Shown: in pieces, positions 40,038-49,569 of the stretch
How positions within the stretch are numbered: the first letter of the stretch is position 1
Layout: every line of letters starts with the position of its first letter
DNA from: a virus
Length of the DNA: 64,000 bases
Strand: one strand, 5' to 3'
Virus record (IMG/VR): IMGVR_UViG_3300046168_000026
Coordinates: 1-64,000 of that record
Translations under genes and position numbers: made by a program
Notes under the pieces: model-generated
Databases searched by the model: none
What the model was told of the DNA's origin: nothing
What the model saw: only the letters and a program-made list of their open reading frames with translations

Positions 40038-40536
40038 GTGATGATGAGTATGCCGAGTTCGTTGCTTTCTCTAACAACCAACTTGATGATTGAACTTTAT
40101 CTCCAAGATTCCATACCATATCTACTCCCATAGAATTACAATAGTCCTCTTCTGGTACATTACCTTGTCCTCTATCACCACCATTTCCAAATGCCATAGG
40201 TAGTTTATCACCAATGAATCTATCATTAGTTCTATCTTTATAATCTCTACGGAAGATATTCACCGCAGAATAAATTCCATCACACACAGATTTATCACCT
40301 GCACTTCTTGGATTACATATAATAGTTTTAGTTACTCCCTTTATACGAGACATAATATATTCTCGTTCTTTCTCATCCATAAAAGGTTTCCCTTTCTTTT
40401 GAGTTAACCAATGGTCGTTATTTAGAATCACCCAAACTTCATCTGCCATCTCATGAGCTCTCTCAATCATTTCGAGATGTCCTTTATGTACGGGGTCAAA
40501 ACCACCACTAACTAACATTACTTTAAACTTCTTCAT
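40030..40536 (-). CDS. Cytidylyltransferase-family protein
   Basis: SGGFDPVHKGH, NGGDR, KVQSSS. Confidence 0.85.
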   Translation of the reverse strand: MKKFKVMLVSGGFDPVHKGHLEMIERAHEMADEVWVILNNDHWLTQKKGKPFMDEKEREYIMSRIKGVTKTIICNPRSAGDKSVCDGIYSAVNIFRRDYKDRTNDRFIGDKLPMAFGNGGDRGQGNVPEEDYCNSMGVDMVWNLGDKVQSSSWLLEKATNSAYSSSHG

Positions 40537-40705
40537 CTAATGCCTGTTTAATTTGTGTTAATGCTATTTGATATGAGTCAACCTTACCTAAGTCTTTATC
40601 TTCTTCTTGTAACTTACTGGCTAACTGCATTACTTCTAATCGTATACCACATGCGTGTGCTTCGAATAGTATCTCTTCTATATGTTCTTCGTTATTCCAA
40701 CTCAT
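40523..40705 (-). CDS. Hypothetical protein
   Basis: ORF. Confidence 0.45.
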   Translation of the reverse strand: MSWNNEEHIEEILFEAHACGIRLEVMQLASKLQEEDKDLGKVDSYQIALTQIKQALDEEV

Positions 40706-40786
40706 AGTGATTCCATGTATTGATGAATTAATATTGATATCCCAACAACTGCCATTACTATTAAAGAAACTTTAATCCCAAAGAAA

Positions 40787-41035
40787 CTACTTTCGTATTG
40801 TTGTCGACTTCTTCCTTGCCTTAGCTCTATATCTTCTCTTGTCATTTCTATTTTTTCTTTTGTCGTGTTCTACAATTTCTTTATCCCAATTGTTATGTCT
40901 GTTATAATAACCTCTCAACTCAGGGTCATTTTCCATATCCCTTCTTTGAGAAGTATGCCCCCATCGTATTGCGTATAACAAACCAAACAAGTATAGTGAG
41001 AATATTACGAATCCTATTATAAACATTCCTACCAT
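40787..41035 (-). CDS. Small membrane protein
   Basis: N-terminal TM helix, basic tail. Confidence 0.45.
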   Translation of the reverse strand: MVGMFIIGFVIFSLYLFGLLYAIRWGHTSQRRDMENDPELRGYYNRHNNWDKEIVEHDKRKNRNDKRRYRAKARKKSTTIRK

Positions 41036-41244
41036 TATCTTCTTCGTTTATAGTTATCGTTTCTTCTCTGTCTAATGGCTACTGATGCTGCTAGTATTGA
41101 TGGTACCCAGATACCAACAAATATCCCTTCTAACTTCAACCCACTAAACCATAGTGATACTGAATATAAGAATGATATGAATGCTAAAACTATTGGATAG
41201 TATACTTCCCAAAAGTCCATAATTAATTTTAATTTCTTTTTCAT
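41035..41244 (-). CDS. Small membrane protein
   Basis: SVSLWF...GIFVGIWVPSIL. Confidence 0.5.
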   Translation of the reverse strand: MKKKLKLIMDFWEVYYPIVLAFISFLYSVSLWFSGLKLEGIFVGIWVPSILAASVAIRQRRNDNYKRRR

Positions 41245-41250
41245 ATTCTT

Positions 41251-41655
41251 TTAATTTGAATTTAATGCGTAATCACTTACCTTTGTAAATAGCCATGCTT
41301 GACCTGCCCCACCTGCGGAGTCTGGCTTCATAACTACCATTTTCATTCCCTTTAGAAAGAACATCAATCTATATTCCTCATTTTCTTTTTGGACATATAG
41401 ATACTCTTCTTCTATTGTGAATCTTCCTGTTGCGGTTTCTTTACCATCTTCTGTATGTGATACTCTTACAAAAGTGTCAGCCGAATCCCCATAGTTCATA
41501 TACAGAATACTTGACCCATCCCACGATGACCAAGTTCCATAAATGTTTTCATTCGATGATTGGAAACCCATCTTAGGTTTCTCATTCTGTGCGTGTGTAT
41601 TAAGACAATATGTTAGTGTCAATAATACAATCATAAATGTGTAAATCTTTTTCAT
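41251..41655 (-). CDS. Secreted lipocalin-like beta protein
   Basis: Signal peptide ending THA-Q; IYGTW motif. Confidence 0.45.
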   Translation of the reverse strand: MKKIYTFMIVLLTLTYCLNTHAQNEKPKMGFQSSNENIYGTWSSWDGSSILYMNYGDSADTFVRVSHTEDGKETATGRFTIEEEYLYVQKENEEYRLMFFLKGMKMVVMKPDSAGGAGQAWLFTKVSDYALNSN

Positions 41656-41942
41656 TACATTAATGTTTTAATAAAGTGGATGGTCCATGCCATTAGTCCG
41701 TTCAGTTGTAATACAACTAAGTTCCATTGTTTCTTAACAAATACTTGAACTAATACACAAATAAATCCTATTATAAATAATACGGGTTCAACAGTCCATT
41801 GTCCTGCCATCAAGAATCCTGCTCCCATATAACCAACTCTTGATGACATCCTTTCGGATGCCGTAAGCTTTCTTTCTTTAACGAGAGTCTCTAAAAACTT
41901 TCGCCATGCTTTTATCCTTAAGGTTTTCTTTTTAGATTTCAT
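41655..41942 (-). CDS. Small membrane protein
   Basis: Hydrophobic helices, KQWNLV. Confidence 0.45.
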   Translation of the reverse strand: MKSKKKTLRIKAWRKFLETLVKERKLTASERMSSRVGYMGAGFLMAGQWTVEPVLFIIGFICVLVQVFVKKQWNLVVLQLNGLMAWTIHFIKTLM

Positions 41943-42519
41943 ATCCTAAATCTCTTCTAATATCTTTTTTAACAACTTGTAAATACTTCCATCGTTTCTT
42001 ATCATTCACAAATGGTACAGACCAAAATTGTTTTGTCTTACGCCATCTTGAAAATTTCCATCCAAACACAAATGAGAATACACCTAGCACCAATCTCAAC
42101 TTGACTGAGTTGAGATATAAGGTTCTAACAGGTAGACTTGGTGCTCCATGTGTGATGTAGGTTCTAACTTTCTTATCCTTTAGGAATGGCTTTGGATATG
42201 CATATAGTTTAGTAAAGTTAACAAACTTATATGCGAACCCTGGCGTCAATACTTCGTCAAAAAATATTTCCATTCTTGGAGTTAATCTAAACCACCATAC
42301 AGGTGATATAAAATAAATTCTATCAGACCATGTTATTAAGTCTTGATAACCCTTCATTAATTTAGTTCTTGGTGTACTATAATTGTCACGATATAAATCA
42401 ATGATTTTAAGTTGTTCTTTATCCTTATGCTTTTTCAGTTCTCGTTTAAGAGTTTTGAGAATACCATTGTAACAGAATGACTTCTTGTCAGGATGTCCTA
42501 TAACTATTAGATTCTTCAT
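41932..42519 (-). CDS. NAD(P)H-dependent oxidoreductase (Flavodoxin_2/MdaB-like)
   Basis: GHPDKKSF, DLY, PVWWF, FDEVLTPGFAY, THG. Confidence 0.8.
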   Translation of the reverse strand: MKNLIVIGHPDKKSFCYNGILKTLKRELKKHKDKEQLKIIDLYRDNYSTPRTKLMKGYQDLITWSDRIYFISPVWWFRLTPRMEIFFDEVLTPGFAYKFVNFTKLYAYPKPFLKDKKVRTYITHGAPSLPVRTLYLNSVKLRLVLGVFSFVFGWKFSRWRKTKQFWSVPFVNDKKRWKYLQVVKKDIRRDLGYEI

Positions 42520-43403
42520 TAGTTGTTTAAAGGTGCTTTAATTCTTGGGTGTGACTGATAGTTGATTAATTCATAATCAAACTCCCCATTCATTATATCT
42601 ACATTAGATACCTTTAGTTGTGGTAAGTCATAACCAATTCTTGTTATTTGTTCTTTTGCTTGTTCAATATGATTATTGTATATGTGTACATCACCAAGCG
42701 AACCAATCAGTTGGCCAGGTTTGTATCCAGTTTCTTCACATAGTAATAGTAATAGTGTACCATACGATGCTATGTTGAAAGGTAACCCAAGGAAGACATC
42801 AACGCTTCGCTGATTCCATTTAAGTGATAACTTGTTTTCTGAGTCTACATAACATTGGAATCCATAATGACAGGGAGGTAGTTTCATTAAGGAAAGTTCT
42901 GAGACATTCCATGCGCTGACAAGGTGTCGTCTTCCATGTGGGTCTTCTTTCAATGATTTAATTAAGTTTTTAATTTGGTCATGACCATCCCAATTCTTCC
43001 ATTGTTTACCATAGATAAATCCAAGGTTACCCCATTGTTTTGAGAAGTCATCATCCTCTAATATTTTTTGTTCGAATTCTTTGACATCGTATTCAGGGTC
43101 TTCTAAGTCCCAATGATGTACTCGTTCATATACTTTGTATGCATCGCCAGTCCAGATGTGACAATTGTTTTGTAACAAGTATCTCAAATCAGTCCTACCT
43201 TTTAAGAACCATTTAAGTTCAGTCATCACAGATTTGACTGCCATCTTCTTGGTAGTTAACAAAGGAAACCCGTCACACATACAATGTCTGATTGTGTAAT
43301 CAAATAAAGATTTAGTTCCGTAGCCAGTTCTGTCGGGCTTATCGTAACCGATATCTAAAATTTCGTCTATTAGGTCTATGTATTGACTATCTATTCTATT
43401 CAT
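42519..43403 (-). CDS. thyA: Thymidylate synthase
   Basis: DRTG, FPLLTTKK, LPPCH, QRSVD, GLPFNIASY, GDVHIY. Confidence 0.95.
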   Translation of the reverse strand: MNRIDSQYIDLIDEILDIGYDKPDRTGYGTKSLFDYTIRHCMCDGFPLLTTKKMAVKSVMTELKWFLKGRTDLRYLLQNNCHIWTGDAYKVYERVHHWDLEDPEYDVKEFEQKILEDDDFSKQWGNLGFIYGKQWKNWDGHDQIKNLIKSLKEDPHGRRHLVSAWNVSELSLMKLPPCHYGFQCYVDSENKLSLKWNQRSVDVFLGLPFNIASYGTLLLLLCEETGYKPGQLIGSLGDVHIYNNHIEQAKEQITRIGYDLPQLKVSNVDIMNGEFDYELINYQSHPRIKAPLNN

Positions 43404-43452
43404 GATTCTATATTACATTGTAATATACAAATTTATTTTGACTTATCCAAAT

Positions 43453-43731
43453 TTATTTTTGGTTTTTTGACTTGAATCTTTTTGCTTCGGATGTTTTACT
43501 ATGTTTAGTCTTTCTACCCTTGACTCTTTTACGCCATCTTTCAAACGAACTTCTCTTCAGATTCTCTCTCATAATCTTACGGACATCATTCTCTTTGATT
43601 CCAAACTGATGTTCAATCGCCTCAAAGGGAGTCCTATCTTCCCATGCCATTTCTATGATTCTATCTATATCTAAAGTGTAACTCATAACCGATGATAGTC
43701 CCGAGTAGGAACAATTAAATTTTGATTCCAT
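43453..43731 (-). CDS. TIGR03643/DUF2805-family protein
   Basis: IDRIIEMAWEDRTPFEAI..QFG...WRKRV.GRKTKH. Confidence 0.8.
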   Translation of the reverse strand: MESKFNCSYSGLSSVMSYTLDIDRIIEMAWEDRTPFEAIEHQFGIKENDVRKIMRENLKRSSFERWRKRVKGRKTKHSKTSEAKRFKSKNQK

Positions 43732-43906
43732 GTTTCTTTTTATATTTTTCTAAGAATGATTCACCAACTCCGACATCTAATATCTTACTGCCGATTGGTA
43801 TCTTTGTACTACGAGGAGCCAGTAACTTATCGACATGAACATCGAATGACTCTACTCTAACCTTCCTACCTCGTGGTGGGATGTATGCTACTATTGTTGT
43901 ATTCAT
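43715..43906 (-). CDS. Hypothetical protein
   Basis: ORF. Confidence 0.45.
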   Translation of the reverse strand: MNTTIVAYIPPRGRKVRVESFDVHVDKLLAPRSTKIPIGSKILDVGVGESFLEKYKKKHGIKI

Positions 43907-44033
43907 AATGAATTATTTTTATACATAAAGATATCATCTACTATATAGTTTATGTTTAGATGAGCTTGTTTAATGTCACCATTATCAATTAGCTCTTTAA
44001 CTTTTTTTAGTCGTTCTATTATTTCTTGTCCAC

Positions 44034-44339
44034 TCATCTTGCAGAAGGTATTGGGTTGTGTATAATTTTTAAATGTCTATTGTCTAAATGAATTATTTCA
44101 CCTAAGTGAAGTTCCCACTTGTCCGTAAGTTTTTTATCGATACACTCGACTACCATATGTGTGGGGTTCTTGTGATATGCGTACTGAAAGTATATGTACT
44201 TGATGTCTTTATCCTTCAGTCGTTTGGTCCAATAGGGTGTGTTGTCTCTGTACTCTATTGGTTTAGTCCCATTCATGATTCTTTCAAATGGGTCTCTCAT
44301 CAAAACTAAATGTAAAACTTCTTTATCTTTCCAAATCAT
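44034..44339 (-). CDS. ASCH/PUA-like domain protein
   Basis: LHLVL...FERI.NGTKPIEYR...YW..RL. Confidence 0.7.
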   Translation of the reverse strand: MIWKDKEVLHLVLMRDPFERIMNGTKPIEYRDNTPYWTKRLKDKDIKYIYFQYAYHKNPTHMVVECIDKKLTDKWELHLGEIIHLDNRHLKIIHNPIPSAR

Positions 44340-44500
44340 TTTAACCAGGTTAATAATATGTTAATTGAAATTAGTATGTTAGTAATCACCGCCTGTAATA
44401 TGATTAATGTTCTAAACCTTGCAATTCTATCTGCTTCTTTGTCATCCTCACCAATCTTCTCACCTAAAGCTTTCGCCCATAGTCGCCACAACTTCTTCAT
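44336..44500 (-). CDS. 54-aa membrane protein (WRLWAKALGEK type)
   Basis: Manual translation; coupled to both neighbours. Confidence 0.5.
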   Translation of the reverse strand: MKKLWRLWAKALGEKIGEDDKEADRIARFRTLIILQAVITNILISINILLTWLK

Positions 44501-44736
44501 TATTTCCAAGGTAACATTGTTAGTCCTACTTTATTTAGTAGGAACTCCATTATAATAACAAAGGTTAAACCACCTATTATTTGCCATGCCCAAAACTTCC
44601 AACCTGTCAATCCTTCTTGCCACTTACGGAATCGACTTTTCTTAGCCCACTCGTATACTCCTAACTTAGAATTGATTTTGTTTGCCCACCATCCGATATC
44701 AAATAGGTTACCAAACATGATTAGTAGTTTTCTCAT
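44500..44736 (-). CDS. Small membrane protein
   Basis: Trp-rich with a TM helix. Confidence 0.45.
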   Translation of the reverse strand: MRKLLIMFGNLFDIGWWANKINSKLGVYEWAKKSRFRKWQEGLTGWKFWAWQIIGGLTFVIIMEFLLNKVGLTMLPWK

Positions 44737-44858
44737 TTCTTCTTTTTCTTTTTTGGAATTACATTTCCGTTCTCGTCAACCACAGGTGCGATTTTTATTT
44801 CATAAAAAATCCATAACCAAATAACACCTAATGTTATAAATACTACTTTTGCCATAAT

Positions 44859-45275
44859 CTAATCTTTGTATCTTTTTTTCTTTGGTTGGAATATAGGTAT
44901 CGTTACCGACATACTTACTCCACCAAGAGTTGTAGCGAATATATCTCTTTCATCGAAATCACCACCCCTTATATTATCAAGTAATTCTTTTGCAACTCCT
45001 GCAGCCAATGATGTACATAAGCCAGTTATCATCGCCCTCTTTTTATCTTGATGTTTATTGTAAGACCATGTGTAACCTAATGCTGATGTAACTACCCCTG
45101 CACTAAAGTGTAATTGTTTATCATTTTCTTTTAACAATACAAATGGATTGTATGTTGTTTGACCAAACATTGTGGTCTTAATAAATAATATAAGTGTAAT
45201 TATGAATAATGTTCTCAAGATGATTGCCCCTATTTGTTTGAGATTCACTACAACTTCTTTACTATATATATTCAC
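44859..45275 (-). CDS. YfiM/DUF2279-like membrane protein
   Basis: DKQLHFSAG...AKELLD...D.RDIFATTLG. Confidence 0.65.
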   Translation of the reverse strand: MNIYSKEVVVNLKQIGAIILRTLFIITLILFIKTTMFGQTTYNPFVLLKENDKQLHFSAGVVTSALGYTWSYNKHQDKKRAMITGLCTSLAAGVAKELLDNIRGGDFDERDIFATTLGGVSMSVTIPIFQPKKKRYKD

Positions 45276-45393
45276 TTTTTGTTATTACTATTTGTTAATA
45301 TAATATTTTTTATATAAAACTCTACCCCCTGCGCGTAGTATCATTTCATCGCCTGTGACGACTTACGGGGTTCGAGTTAAAGTTTGTTTATTC

Positions 45394-45585
45394 TTATAGT
45401 TCGTTTATCTGTCCTTGGCCAGTCCTATCCACATTGAAACCAATAACAGGTTTGTATCCAGTCAACTTGTTTTGATGTTGTTGAATCAGTTGTTTAGTTA
45501 GTACTAACTTCTCAACATCCTTTTCCGTTTCTATCCAATCCATGAATAGTTTAGTTAACATATAATTTTTAATTGTTTTAATCAT
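45394..45585 (-). CDS. Hypothetical protein
   Basis: ORF. Confidence 0.45.
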   Translation of the reverse strand: MIKTIKNYMLTKLFMDWIETEKDVEKLVLTKQLIQQHQNKLTGYKPVIGFNVDRTGQGQINEL

Positions 45586-45688
45586 AATTTTTAATTTTTA
45601 TTTATAGTGTTCGTCTAATAACATCATAGCGACCTCTTCACTAATCATGTTTTCGTTATATAGTTTCCAAATTAATTTTGTCATAATA

Positions 45689-46087
45689 TTAAATAAATAA
45701 TTTGTAATCCTTTTCAGCTTTGGTAGCCGCTACCTCATATGGGTGAGACACATAGTCGTGACCCATATTGTAATATCTCTTAAACCAAATTGGTGATTGT
45801 AGATAATGTTGGTACTCGTGAATCAGAGTCTCGACTATCATCTTTCTACTTTTCATATTAGGATAGTAGATAGTAATCTCATTCATCATTGAACAATACT
45901 CAGCGTGACAACCATCCTCATCACCTTGAGCACCTTCTTCACCACTATACTTTTCGTATATGTTTTTGTGAAGTTCTACATAAGGAGTACATTCTTGAAA
46001 CTTGGAAAAGCCATAATGCTTTTCAATCTTAGGATAAATTTCCTCAATTATCTGTTTTACTTTTTTTTCTGTCATAGACTTAATCAT
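45689..46087 (-). CDS. Small zincin metallopeptidase-like protein
   Basis: TLIHEYQHYLQ...HPYEVAA. Confidence 0.7.
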   Translation of the reverse strand: MIKSMTEKKVKQIIEEIYPKIEKHYGFSKFQECTPYVELHKNIYEKYSGEEGAQGDEDGCHAEYCSMMNEITIYYPNMKSRKMIVETLIHEYQHYLQSPIWFKRYYNMGHDYVSHPYEVAATKAEKDYKLFI

Positions 46088-46096
46088 TATTACAAT

Positions 46097-46158
46097 ATAA
46101 AAGTACGCAAAACATTTGACTTTTCCAAATTTTCAATGTTAAGAAATTGTTAAATTTT
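46097..46158 (-). promoter_or_regulatory. TTAACA-N5-TTAACA promoter element, copy E
   Basis: AAAATTTAACAATTTCTTAACATTGAAAATTTGG...CGTACTTTT. Confidence 0.75.
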
Positions 46159-47550
46159 ACCTACAATCTTTGGACCTGATAGAGCCATCTCTACATAACC
46201 AAACTCTGGATACCTAAGTAGGTGTTCCATCTCGTCATAGTAAACCTTGTCCAAGTGTTGTGGTCTCGTTAACCTCATCCATAACTTAGTCCAGTTCTTC
46301 TGATTCTTAATCGTGTTGTGATATACAACTACTTTGATTCGAGTCTGTACTGACTTCCCACTAGCGATTCTCTGAACTTGTTCACTAATGTACTTGTCCA
46401 TCCATCTATCAAGAGTCGGTGCACCTGATGCGCCATAGATAACAAACACATCATCGTTAGTTAGTCTTGCAACTTTCTTCAAGACTAAATCCTTGTGAGT
46501 GTCTTCGTAATCATAAACCATTTGATTACTATCTTCCAACTTCTTCTTGTCGAGGTTGTCTTGTACTTTGTCAAATACACCATCAACTTGTCCTGATGTT
46601 AATCCCATCAACATGAATCGTTGTCTCATACCAATAGTCTTCCACGAGTGTCCTGCCTTGTGGTGTTCCATACACTCATCAATAGCATCTTGTTTACTGA
46701 ATGACTTACCTACATTAAAGTCTGCGTTGAGGTTATTACCCAACATCTGAACTTCAGTCTCTTGCATCAGAGAGTGAATGTCCTCATCAAGTATGAGACA
46801 CTTTATCATAGTGTTCTCGGTGTGACCGATGTTCTCATCTCTCGTCTTCCAATATGCAGTCCTTGTGTGATTACCACTAATAAGGATTAACTCATAAAAC
46901 TGACCATTGATAGTGACATCCTTTAATAATACAGGCATATCGTAGTTACCGATTTTGTTTCTTAACCTATCAACAATCTTTGATAGATTGTCGTGGTCTA
47001 TCTCAAGTTTACGAACTTGCCACTTATCTGTGTGGTACAAATCCTTGACAGACATTTCAACAATGTGTGTCTCGTTAATGTATTCAAGTTCTGAATCTAA
47101 GATGAGGTTGGTGTGTTTACGAAAGTCATCGAGTTCCACCATCAAGGTGTTTACTAACTTCATGTTCAGTTCCTTCTTACCAGGATGACCATTGTGTTTG
47201 TTGTAGTACTTAGGATTGTTCTTAGCGTCAACCTTTGTCAACAACTCATACTCAACTTGTTTACACTCTTCTACCGAACCCCAATATAGGATATGGTATT
47301 CGAATAAACCAACTGCGTCACTTGCGAGAAGTTCTTTGAACACTTTGTTAGTAGATGATGTACCATAGAGTTTGTTACCTTCTTTGTGGTAACCAATGTA
47401 AATCATCTTGTCTTGTGTATTGACTATCATATACACATAAGAGTTACAACCATTTTTTGTACGAGGCCCTTCAGGTCGTAAGAAGATTTTGGGCCTTGTG
47501 GTATCGTCAAACATTAGTTCGAGATTCCATCCATTAGCTGTTCTAGCCAT
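46150..47550 (-). CDS. GIY-YIG (Seg-like) domain fused to a ParB/Srx-like domain
   Basis: YVYMIVN..D.MIYIGYHK...E...YYN; PVLL...LISGNHTRTA. Confidence 0.6.
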   Translation of the reverse strand: MARTANGWNLELMFDDTTRPKIFLRPEGPRTKNGCNSYVYMIVNTQDKMIYIGYHKEGNKLYGTSSTNKVFKELLASDAVGLFEYHILYWGSVEECKQVEYELLTKVDAKNNPKYYNKHNGHPGKKELNMKLVNTLMVELDDFRKHTNLILDSELEYINETHIVEMSVKDLYHTDKWQVRKLEIDHDNLSKIVDRLRNKIGNYDMPVLLKDVTINGQFYELILISGNHTRTAYWKTRDENIGHTENTMIKCLILDEDIHSLMQETEVQMLGNNLNADFNVGKSFSKQDAIDECMEHHKAGHSWKTIGMRQRFMLMGLTSGQVDGVFDKVQDNLDKKKLEDSNQMVYDYEDTHKDLVLKKVARLTNDDVFVIYGASGAPTLDRWMDKYISEQVQRIASGKSVQTRIKVVVYHNTIKNQKNWTKLWMRLTRPQHLDKVYYDEMEHLLRYPEFGYVEMALSGPKIVGKI

Positions 47551-47640
47551 AATTTAAGTTTTAAAATTTATAATTAACCGCCTGCCTTTCTGACAAACTT
47601 AGTACTAATATACAACAATAAAATTTAACTGGCAAGCTTT

Positions 47641-47979
47641 TTAGATAAAACTTTTAAATAAAGTTGAGGTGTGACCTTCTTCCCACCCTTTATCTTTATA
47701 AAACTGATGTGTAGTAGGAAGGCAATATGTAATTACTTTATATCCTTTTAGATTTTCTTGACACCATTCCCATCTTACATCCCATAACATTTTGTAAATA
47801 CCATTACCTCGGTACTTCTCTTCTACATATGCGTTTGCGAACTTGATGGTATTGTCAGATAAGAATAATAGAGAGTTCCAACCAATAGCTTGATTGTTAT
47901 ATAACGCAATCCATCCACACTCGTCCTTCGGAGTGGGTACAGACTCGGGCAACTTGTAGGGTACTATCGTTATATTCAT
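47641..47979 (-). CDS. GNAT acetyltransferase
   Basis: YV...YRGNGI, FYKDKGW. Confidence 0.75.
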   Translation of the reverse strand: MNITIVPYKLPESVPTPKDECGWIALYNNQAIGWNSLLFLSDNTIKFANAYVEEKYRGNGIYKMLWDVRWEWCQENLKGYKVITYCLPTTHQFYKDKGWEEGHTSTLFKSFI

Positions 47980-48036
47980 TCTCGTTTCTCATAAAGAAAT
48001 AAATATATGGAAAAGTTATTAACAGGTTATTAACAA

Positions 48037-48903
48037 TTAGTTTCCACCTCGTTTACTTGAAGATACATTTGAACGCCCACCTGATGACCTTGAACTATTA
48101 TTTCTTATAACAGGAGTACTCGTGTTTATCCTTGTTGGATTTTGACGAGGTTTCCAATTGTTGTTCGATGGTGGATTAACTCTGATGTTGTTATTAGTAT
48201 GAGTTGGTTTTACATATCGAGTCCCATCTTGAGGAACTACATAATTGTTTACAGGAATGTTATTGTTCCTACTCCATCTGATAACATTATTGATTTCTCT
48301 ATTTGCATTTGAGTTAGGTCTTACTCTGTTAACTCTATTGGTATCTTGAATGTTTTGGATTCGAGAACCTCTATATCCGTTTATGTATGAGTAGTTATTA
48401 TTACTTGCAATCATAGGGTCGTTATAATGAGAGTATCCGTAGTGATTCCAACCAGAGTACCAACCTTGTGGATATGGATAATACCATTGGTAGTATCGGT
48501 GATGTCTAACATGAAACGGATGATACCATCCAAACCAAGGATAGTTGTACGCCCACTCGTTCCAGTATTGGTGTGAATTAAAATAAAAATCAAAAGATGT
48601 TTGAGGATACCATATACCATTATAACGAGGATGTCTATTATACCAATACATAGAGTAAGGTTGATTACTCATGTACTGAGCAAAGTCCCATCTAAAGTTA
48701 AAATCAGTTCTTAGTTTTCTTCTCAGTTGAAATAGATTAGATATAGTATCTATCTTTGTTGAATCAGGAACTACAATAGTATAATCGTTAGTTCTGTAAA
48801 TACCATCAATGTTACCAGCGGTGTTAAGAGTACTATATTGAAATTGTAATCCACAACCACTTAGTAACAAGACGATAAAAATAAGTTGAATAAGTTTTCT
48901 CAT
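48037..48903 (-). CDS. Lipoprotein with aromatic/Asn/Arg-rich low-complexity region
   Basis: Lipobox LLSG-C; W/Y/H-rich middle; SR-rich tail. Confidence 0.65.
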   Translation of the reverse strand: MRKLIQLIFIVLLLSGCGLQFQYSTLNTAGNIDGIYRTNDYTIVVPDSTKIDTISNLFQLRRKLRTDFNFRWDFAQYMSNQPYSMYWYNRHPRYNGIWYPQTSFDFYFNSHQYWNEWAYNYPWFGWYHPFHVRHHRYYQWYYPYPQGWYSGWNHYGYSHYNDPMIASNNNYSYINGYRGSRIQNIQDTNRVNRVRPNSNANREINNVIRWSRNNNIPVNNYVVPQDGTRYVKPTHTNNNIRVNPPSNNNWKPRQNPTRINTSTPVIRNNSSRSSGGRSNVSSSKRGGN

Positions 48904-48931
48904 ATAATGATAAATATGAGAATTTTATTAA

Positions 48932-49111
48932 TTACATCTTAAAGGTAAGAATGTTAGACTTTAAACTATAAGACTTAGCAGGTACACCGAATCGCCAGAA
49001 ACAATACTTTGTTGCCTCATCCACTTCGGACTTTGTTATGTTACCTACCTTCTTATACATTACCACCTTTTTAGACTTCGGTTTCCAAGTTACATTTACA
49101 CCTTTTAGCAT
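48932..49111 (-). CDS. 59-aa hypothetical protein
   Basis: Manual translation MLKGVNVTWKPK...ILTFKM. Confidence 0.45.
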   Translation of the reverse strand: MLKGVNVTWKPKSKKVVMYKKVGNITKSEVDEATKYCFWRFGVPAKSYSLKSNILTFKM

Positions 49112-49162
49112 ATTATTGATTTATTAATTGACATCTCATTATGGGGAGATGAATACCCTTAG

Positions 49163-49248
49163 TACCGATGGGCGGATTCGAACCGCCACGAACATTACTG
49201 CTCAAAGGATTTTAAGTCCTTCGTGTCTACCAGTTTCACCACATCGGC
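49163..49248 (-). tRNA. tRNA-Leu(TAA)
   Basis: AAGGA CT TAA AA TCCTT; long variable arm; TTCGAAT. Confidence 0.93.
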
Positions 49249-49256
49249 ATCTCGTG

Positions 49257-49330
49257 TGTTCCCAATAGGACTCGAACCTATGACCTAATCATTATGAGTG
49301 ATTTGCTCTAACCAACTGAGCTATGAGAAC
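49257..49330 (-). tRNA. tRNA with CAT anticodon (Ile2 more likely than Met)
   Basis: AATCA CT CAT AA TGATT; no initiator features. Confidence 0.85.
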
Positions 49331-49341
49331 GACAACGATAG

Positions 49342-49415
49342 TGAACGAGACAGGATTCGAACCTGTGACCGTCTGCTTAGAAGGCAGATGCTCTATCCAA
49401 CTGAGCTACTCGTCC
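49342..49415 (-). tRNA. tRNA-Arg(TCT)
   Basis: TCTGC CT TCT AA GCAGA; A20 in D loop. Confidence 0.93.
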
Positions 49416-49434
49416 ATGATTTCAAAGAACATTA

Positions 49435-49482
49435 CTAATATACGGCAGGAATGTTAAAAATCCAAATGGGAGATGTTAAAAT
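49435..49482 (-). promoter_or_regulatory. Promoter of the Arg-Ile-Leu tRNA cluster (single TTAACA box)
   Basis: TTTAACAT...TTTGG...CGTATATTAG. Confidence 0.6.
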
Positions 49483-49569
49483 TTTCGTGGACATCAAAGA
49501 TACTAATACTACTACATAGGTATAGACTAATAATAATCCAGCTAACAATTATAAGGTATAGTATATAGA

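Noticed and set aside
42519-43403. ThyA as a dCMP hydroxymethylase or other base-modifying enzyme
   Set aside because: It keeps the Asn of GLPFN that specifies dUMP and all canonical ThyA motifs.
45318-45378. Twister ribozyme
   Set aside because: It has TAACTC and GTAGAG-like pieces, but the pseudoknot pairing and AAGC loop do not fit.
49125-49162. HDV-like (theta) ribozyme after tRNA-Leu
   Set aside because: Only a simple CATCTC/GAGATG hairpin; no nested double pseudoknot.
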